Below, one piece after another: positions 51,301 to 52,344 of a DNA stretch of 52,344 bases. Positions within the stretch are counted from its first letter, which is position 1, and every line of letters begins with the position of its first letter. The DNA comes from an uncultured Planctomycetota bacterium. GTDB lineage: Bacteria > Planctomycetota > PUPC01 > DSUN01. The stretch lies in NCBI GenBank assembly GCA_964506385.1, contig CAZDNN010000001.1, positions 1 to 52,344 on the forward strand. Direction: 5' to 3'. Under the pieces are notes generated by a model. That model worked only from the letters and a program-made list of their open reading frames with translations. It was not told the origin of the DNA and did not search any database. The position numbers were made by a program, and so were the translations under genes.

Positions 51301-52344
51301 TTGCTCTGCCAGTTGGCCGGCAGGCCGAGATTGCGCTCGGAGCGGCGCACGAGGAGCAGGCGGCCGAAGCCCAGCAGCGGATTGGCGAGGAGTGCTTCGC
51401 GTCGGAGGGCTCGGAACGCCTCGGTCAGCTTCGCAATCTGCCTGTTGGTCTCCTCCGGGGTCATGTCGGCGGTGGCCGCCAGCGACTCGTGGGCCTTTTC
51501 GAGCCGGGCGAGACGCTGGAGGAACTCGTGGCCCTTCGGGTAGCGCTCGGCGAAGCTGTCCGTGAGGTCCTGGATGGCGAGGCGGACGGTCTCGGCATTC
51601 TCCTTCGTGAGCGGTGGCTCGGCGTATGCCTTGCCCGCGACGGTGCGCCTGGGCTTGGGCGGGGGCTTGACGACGACCTTCTGCCAGGTCTTGGGCGTCG
51701 CGAGATAGGCCAGGATGTTGGCGGTCAGCTTCTCGAGGTTTGCGCGATGGGGGTTGGGCGCGTGGGCGTAGTGGGGCAGGCGCCAGCCCATGACGATGAT
51801 GCGTCCCTTGCCGAGCTCGTACTCGGCCATGGGCCGCTCGCCCCCGTTGGGGGCCGCGTTGGCGAGCAGCATCCCTTTCGACGGCCCGCCCGAGCCGTGG
51901 AAGTCCGAGAAGGCGGGATAGCCGCGGTTGCTGAGCCGCGCCTGCCCGCCGTCGAACGTCAGGCCCTGGAAGATGGGGTGCCTGGGCACGGCGGGGCTCA
52001 GGCCGGCCTGGCCGCCGTCGTTGCCCGGTCCGCCGAGCCGCGTCGCGACGGGCTCGACCCGCAGCGCCTGGACCATCGCCAGCGCCGCACCCGACAGGTA
52101 GAGCCCTCCACCGTTGCTCACATACTTGCGTAACGCCTCGAGGGTCTTCGGGTGGAAGCTCTGTCCCGCCTGCCTGACGTCGTCGCCTTGGTGATACCAT
52201 ACGACCGCGAATTGGCCGAGCTCGGCGGCCTCCCCCCGCTCATCGACGAAGGCTCCGCCCTTGCCGACGGCGATGACGGTCGCCCCGTGTGCCTGCCTGG
52301 CCAGCGCGCACGCCGCCTGCGCCTCCCTGCGCAGCTTCTCCACC
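48342..52344 (-). CDS. Giant multidomain protein (more than 1333 aa, N-terminus outside window): GATase1/ThuA-like region, TolB/PD40-like propeller, two CxxCH motifs, C-terminal FGE-sulfatase (SUMF1-like) domain
   Basis: Open to the window end. GGGLYLSGAALAM. CPTVLNNGRVLYLRWEYSD. CVGCH and CIRCH. FGE-type MRVPGGEFLMGS, WEWACRAGT, HWGLHDMHGNVSEW, RVVRGGSF, GFRVV. Confidence 0.8.
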   Translation of the reverse strand, partial: VEKLRREAQAACALARQAHGATVIAVGKGGAFVDERGEAAELGQFAVVWYHQGDDVRQAGQSFHPKTLEALRKYVSNGGGLYLSGAALAMVQALRVEPVATRLGGPGNDGGQAGLSPAVPRHPIFQGLTFDGGQARLSNRGYPAFSDFHGSGGPSKGMLLANAAPNGGERPMAEYELGKGRIIVMGWRLPHYAHAPNPHRANLEKLTANILAYLATPKTWQKVVVKPPPKPRRTVAGKAYAEPPLTKENAETVRLAIQDLTDSFAERYPKGHEFLQRLARLEKAHESLAATADMTPEETNRQIAKLTEAFRALRREALLANPLLGFGRLLLVRRSERNLGLPANWQSNSSLPRSGFDNEIAILDDLKGEGKLTTVYRPANGSFVGDVDLHWDADRLLFSAVGSHKRWRIFELKLDGSEPRELPLINEPDVDNYDACYLPGGRILFTSTAPFVGVPCVTGSSHVSNIYLYDPATPSIRRLTFEQDHDWCPTVLNNGRVLYLRWEYSDIPHYVSRILFHMNPDGTEQMEYYGSNSYWPNSTFFARPCPGHPTRFVGVVSGHHDVPRMGELILFDPTLGRHEADGVVQRIPGRGQKVEPTIRDGLVRRSWPKFLHPWPLSDKYILASCKPTPQSRWGLYLADVFDNLLLLKEEPWFALLEPIPLRELPRPPIVTDKAKPGRKDATVYMADVYVGRGLDGVPRGTVKRLRLFTYQFAYHGMGGQVNRVGLDGPWDVKRIVGTVPVEPDGSAYFRVPANTPLSLQPLDADGKALQLMRSWMTAMPGEVLSCVGCHEHQNTAVPNTDTMALRKAPADIAPFYGPARGFSFVREVQPVLDAHCIRCHNARPRDDGKTLPDFTDRPPVPAACKAGGYRNGSKFPPSYIALRSYVRAPSIESDIHLLTPLEFHAGTTRLVQRLEKGHYGVALDREGWDRLLTWIDLGAPAHGTWHEIVGMKKVAHQRDRRRAMNQLYANLDEDPEAIHEVSYKPQAASAKPGEVGREPRAAGREPECPGWPFDAAEARRRQEALGPTTRTVDLGAGVALELMRVPGGEFLMGSTEGAADERPVTHVKVAPFWMGKCEVTNEQFARFDPTHDSRIESGDFLQFSIRERGYPMDAPTQPVVRVSWHQAVAFCRWLSEQTGETFTLPAEAQWEWACRAGTATPLWYGGLDADFAKVANLADHSLRFVDTFGWGLPSGAVPPWRPAIETVNDGHRVTAPVGSYKPNHWGLHDMHGNVSEWTLSEYRPYPYRDGGPTGAKGVGLQVTGPEFQVPGSPITHHASRTTRRVVRGGSFYDRPMRARSAWRLAYPPWQRVFDVGFRVVALPQQARTGAHSQ
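48504..48569. repeat. 66-nt block of tandem heptads lying in frame inside a coding region
   Basis: GCGCGAT GCGTGAT GCGTAAT (48504-48524), then a 10-nt linker, then GGAACCT GGAACTC GGGACCT GTAACCT GCAACCC (48535-48569). GTGATGCGT also occurs in the intergenic heptad array at 12149-12157. Confidence 0.7.

Noticed and set aside
49573-52200. Alternative-frame ORFs 49573-52200 (-, 875 aa) and 49590-52133 (+, 847 aa)
   Set aside because: They overlap the giant protein frame, which carries propeller, CxxCH and FGE motifs and is paralogous to 32205-35132. The alternatives are Arg/Pro-rich.

Overview
High-GC bacterial chromosomal segment. Hand counts of 60-nt samples give about 68-77% GC in core genes. 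The gene repertoire looks PVC/Planctomycetota-like: Tat-signal Gfo/Idh/MocA oxidoreductases, many PQQ-like beta-propellers, giant secreted multidomain proteins with CxxCH motifs, and a secreted HEAT-repeat protein. Taxonomy cannot be verified here. I call about 37 protein-coding genes. I saw no rRNA, tRNA, CRISPR array, integrase or transposase. Layout: (1) 1-3248, FtsX/MacB-type permease, 5' truncated by the window. (2) 3341-16298, a tightly coupled + strand operon. It mixes a cytoplasmic NuoE-NuoF fusion and a 2Fe-2S/GltD-like flavoprotein with a Tat ferredoxin plus NapH/MauN-like membrane polyferredoxin, a 4-Cys microprotein, one NHL propeller and four PQQ-like propellers. This is my best candidate for an undescribed system. 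(3) 16348-20115, GH29 fucosidase and GH4 alpha-galactosidase, separated by REP-like hairpins and a 117-nt purine-rich tract. (4) 20176-22193, a lower-GC islet with a ParE-type TA pair plus a degenerate YgiT-like microprotein coupled to an M48-like HExxH protein. (5) 22194-29553, sugar-modification and housekeeping genes. (6) 29606-32074, Lon-like AAA+ protease. (7) 32205-35132 and 48342-52344, two paralogous giant propeller/CxxCH proteins. (8) 36753-42736, two Gfo/Idh/MocA genes plus a 1192-aa orphan exported protein. (9) 43270-47280, a ubiquitin-like (YukD/EsaB-pattern) microprotein with a near-consensus promoter, a 960-aa secreted HEAT-repeat protein, a chimeric second copy of the microprotein fused to an alpha/beta-hydrolase remnant, and an antitoxin-like orphan. 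The intergenic space holds several families of short palindromic or tandem-repeat elements. One of them appears inserted in frame inside a coding region. All domain calls rest on motif recognition by eye, and start codons are judgement calls based on SD-like sequences, overlaps and signal peptides. The many long Arg/Pro/Gly-rich ORFs antisense or out of frame to these genes are treated as high-GC artefacts.
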